A stretch of DNA of 24,775 nucleotides from Azolla caroliniana (taxonomy: Eukaryota; Plantae; Polypodiophyta). The stretch lies in contig JBHGNT010000452.1 of the NCBI GenBank assembly GCA_043228905.1, positions 1 to 24,775 of the forward strand, written 5' to 3'. The notes under the pieces were generated by a model. That model was given only the letters and a program-made list of their open reading frames with translations. It was not told the origin of the DNA and did no database searches. A program made the translations under genes and the position numbers. Of this stretch, positions 21,301 through 24,775 are shown piece by piece (the first letter of the stretch is position 1; the number at the start of each line of letters is the position of its first letter).

Positions 21301-22548
21301 TTGACAATTACATATTGGTAGAATAATTTAATTAATATTCTTTTGATGATAATTTCATCAATCGTATGTATGTATGTATGTATGTAGTTTTTGTGGTAGT
21401 TGATATATAATAGCTTATTGCAAACTTGGTTCTACTTATGAAATGAACAATTAGAAAATGTAACTCTACGAGTTAAAGATGATAGAAAATGAGGAGTGTG
21501 CAATCGTATTCAACACGAACCTTGATTTTTCATTTAATGATTGTAGATCCAAGAATCCATAGTAATGAGATTCAGACGATACATTTACAATTCGACCCTC
21601 AATTCCAGAATCCTTTGCCGTGGTGATCATTGTTGGAAGCAAAAGTTTTGTTAAAAGGAAGTGACCTTCATGAAATATGTACTCGAGTTACAAAGGTGTC
21701 TTCTCATGAAATAATAGTATTGATAATGATCTCAAGTTTTCATGTTGTACCTAGATAATTAGTTGCAAAATTTAACTCTATGCCATCACGAGAGAGTTTG
21801 AATGGACCACCCATCATACCTGCATTGTTACTTTTTAATGTATTGTGAACTTGTTAGGCACTCGATAGTAAAAATTTGTCACAAAATAAAGAAAATATAG
21901 ATATATCACACATGTGGAGACTTTTAGAAGTAAGCATGTGACAACGCATACATTGTTCTAGTCTCATAGGCCATGAGAAAGGACATATCAACCTCAATTC
22001 CCATTGTAGTATTTCTTAACACTTCGGATCTCATATGATCAAGGCATTGCAGTTTTTTGTTCTCCAAATTTTGAAATAGGAATGAAACTTTTCCCTAGCT
22101 TTTCTAGTTCTAATTGTTGTTCTGTAGGCTCATAAGAGGAAAATAGACTATAGATGATATGTAACAATGGTTCCCTTTAAGATACCACTATGCTTGAAGT
22201 GCAAGCTAGTTCAATTCCTAAAACATATACAATAATTGGAGTTGTCATGCAGGCAGGGGTTAAAAGAATCGGCTAATGTGCTTATGCTAATTGTCCCTTA
22301 AGAATCAATGTACATGGAATGTTTAGTTAACATGTCACTACCCATGATAGATGATTAAGTTGGGATTGTTAAAACCTTACAAAAATCAATTATGTTGTAG
22401 CATTCTATCATGGTTTGTGTTTTCCAATATTCTAGCATCGTTCCCTTTTTGTGGATGCAATATATCAAGCTTAGGATGATTATCCCCTAATTTGTTGGTG
22501 ATGTGCTATCCTTTTTTTTTGTCTTGTGTGTGTGTGTGTGTGTGTGTG

Positions 22549-22595
<47 letters not shown>

Positions 22596-23089
22596 AATAG
22601 AATCATGGATATAGGTAGGTAAGCAAAAGATATGCCAAAAAGCAAAGATGGAAATGTATGGTAGTTCCCGATGACAACTGTTGGTTTATAAACTGTAGTA
22701 TAAGATGAAAGTAATGAGACAGAATAAATTATGGACAACAGATGAATGCTATTTAATGGAATGTGTGGGGATCATGATGTTAAATGTTGTTGCAAATAAA
22801 GTAGACAACATGATGGAATTATTTGAATTGGCTAGACAAAGTAAAGTATATACATACATTAATATATTCAAAGGAGTTCCCATCGACATGAAGTTGTTGC
22901 AAAAGTCGTGCACTGATTGTAGAGAGCTAACATCCATTTGCATAACTTGGAGTTTAGCATCTTTTATCTTTGTTTGGATTAACCTTTTTGCATTCTCACC
23001 CGCTTCAACATTTCTGACTGCCATCACAACATGTACACCTCGCAAGGCCAACACACGTGTGGTTTCAAGGCCTATTCCACTTGATGCAC
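15325..23089 (-). CDS. Short-chain dehydrogenase/reductase, TIC32/retinol dehydrogenase-like (5'-partial)
   Basis: Phase-consistent GT-AG exons 23089-22858, 21830-21751, 21665-21521, 21274-21196, 21103-21019, 20625-20567, 15495-15325. Motifs GASSGIG, NNAG, FATNYLGHFLLT, GRIVNVSS, YARSK, NSLHPG, KTIPQGAAT, GKYF, KLWDF; no stops. First exon not found in the window. Confidence 0.93.
16148..20370 (+). mobile_element. L1-like LINE, near-complete but degenerate ORF2 (APE endonuclease, RT, zf-RVT), intronic and antisense to the SDR
   Basis: TQNVQGL, DIIVLQE, NVYAPN, GGDFN, SDHYP; PGIDG, LIPK, RPITLLNTIYKLLAK, EFEKTYDRV, QGCPLAPSLF, KYLG, GGLG; CVVCPNAIESIRHALWDC; A-rich tail at about 20353-20375; many stops and frameshifts. 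Confidence 0.93.
22525..22592. repeat. Compound (TG)n(GA)n microsatellite
   Basis: Read directly; lies in an SDR intron. Confidence 0.98.
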
Positions 23090-24334
23090 CTGCATTTCAA
23101 ATATATTCCTTTTATGCATGTTTTGGTAACACATATTATAATGTTATTCATGTGGTGGTGGTGGGTATCCGAAATGCCAATGACTATTTCATTATTCTAA
23201 TTTGAAATTTTGTTGGAGGCTTTGCCCAAATTGTAATACACAACTATTTTTATGCAAGTATCGTACTTGTGAGTTTGCAACTCATTGAAAGGATCATTGT
23301 AATCACAAGATAATGAACACTACTTTGTTAGGAAATGGATCAAGTTATAAATGATCTAATTAACGATAAAATTATGACATACTTAAGCAAAATGAATTTG
23401 TTGGGAAATTGAATTTTGAATCTAATGCAAGTGACATCTCACACTAACACACAATGTGAGTTCATTGCCTTTATATGAACCTTAAGGCAACCTGACTAAT
23501 TTAATGTAACAATTTAGTGTTGAAATTCTTACAATGTCTTATGGTTGTGAGTTTAAGATTCAATCAATGTTTAATAAAAATATATAGATTCATGGTTCCT
23601 AACAATATTAAAGTTCATTGTGTTTTTTAGTTTTGAGACCATATACCCTAGCGATTGCCTCCAAAATTAGGGCTTTATAACTCATAATCCAGAACCCAAG
23701 GGAAAACAATATCCGTGCATTAAAGCAAAGTTGAAAAAGTTTCATTATGATGGATTTGAGTAGATTCTCGTTGTGTATAGTAACTGTACAATCAGTAAAG
23801 GTAAATGAGAAGCAATTAAAAGTGCCAAGGTGACCATTTATTGATGTTATTGTTGCCGTTATTGTCTTGTATACATTTGTTAACTAGTGTGTATGTGGGA
23901 ATGTATGTATCTATGTATGCATGTGTATTTACATGCACATGTGTGTGTCCATGTATGCTATATCCAACATGCCTTTCCAGATAATTCTAGATGTGTTTGG
24001 ATGAACAAAGAAAAACTTGTTGACATAAAACAAATATACCACAATTGTAGACATTGCCAAACTTCTAATTAGGTTTAGGGAGGCCATGATTAAATAATGT
24101 TTAAAACATATATGTTGAGATAGTTCCACCACAAGTCATTTTGGGCATATAGGAAAGAGATTTGTTTCCCATAACATGAAGCATGATAAGTGTCTACAAG
24201 GGAAGCTTAACAAGCAAGGCTATGTCAACCTCCCTCCACTTTTATGAGCCTAGTACCCCACCCCAATACATCTCGAGATCCATGATATGGTTATCATCCA
24301 TGTGAGCTTGCAAACTCTCGAGATATCATAAATC

Positions 24335-24685
<351 letters not shown>

Positions 24686-24775
24686 CCAGAGTGGCATCTA
24701 GTGAATTAAGAGTCTATGAAGTATATAATAGAGAGGTGAATAAAATTGAGTTTCAAACCCAAGACGTAATGGCTT

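Noticed and set aside
22157-22230. Possible further tRNA/SINE remnant (AACAATGG ... GTTCAATTCC)
   Set aside because: Boxes weak, spacing different and stems poor; compatible with chance.
22705-23205. 166-aa plus-strand ORF
   Set aside because: Antisense shadow of an SDR exon.

Overview
AT-rich, intron-containing land-plant nuclear DNA, probably from a non-seed plant given the Tcn1-type chromovirus; no prokaryotic gene organisation. (1) 765-4981 (+): a six-exon gene of about 974 aa, now disabled, that fuses a ParB/Srx-like domain to a bacterial/phage-type beta-class N6A/N4C DNA methyltransferase (DIPY ... QKP ... DLFSSTGTT). Its first intron holds about 8 copies of a 35-43-bp palindrome. (2) 6.1-7.4 kb: an L1-like LINE RT fragment and a solo LTR. 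(3) 7549-12756 (-): a decayed, internally deleted Ty3/Gypsy chromovirus with both LTRs and a CAAGC TSD. It has a self-priming PBS, a -1 frameshift signal, a heat-shock element and a tRNA-like A/B-box module in each LTR. (4) 12.8-13.6 kb: a LINE 3' remnant. (5) 15325-23089 (-): seven intact exons of a TIC32/retinol-dehydrogenase-like SDR gene whose first exon is not found in the window; its last intron holds a 4.2-kb antisense L1-like LINE. All calls are by manual reading; no database searches were run.
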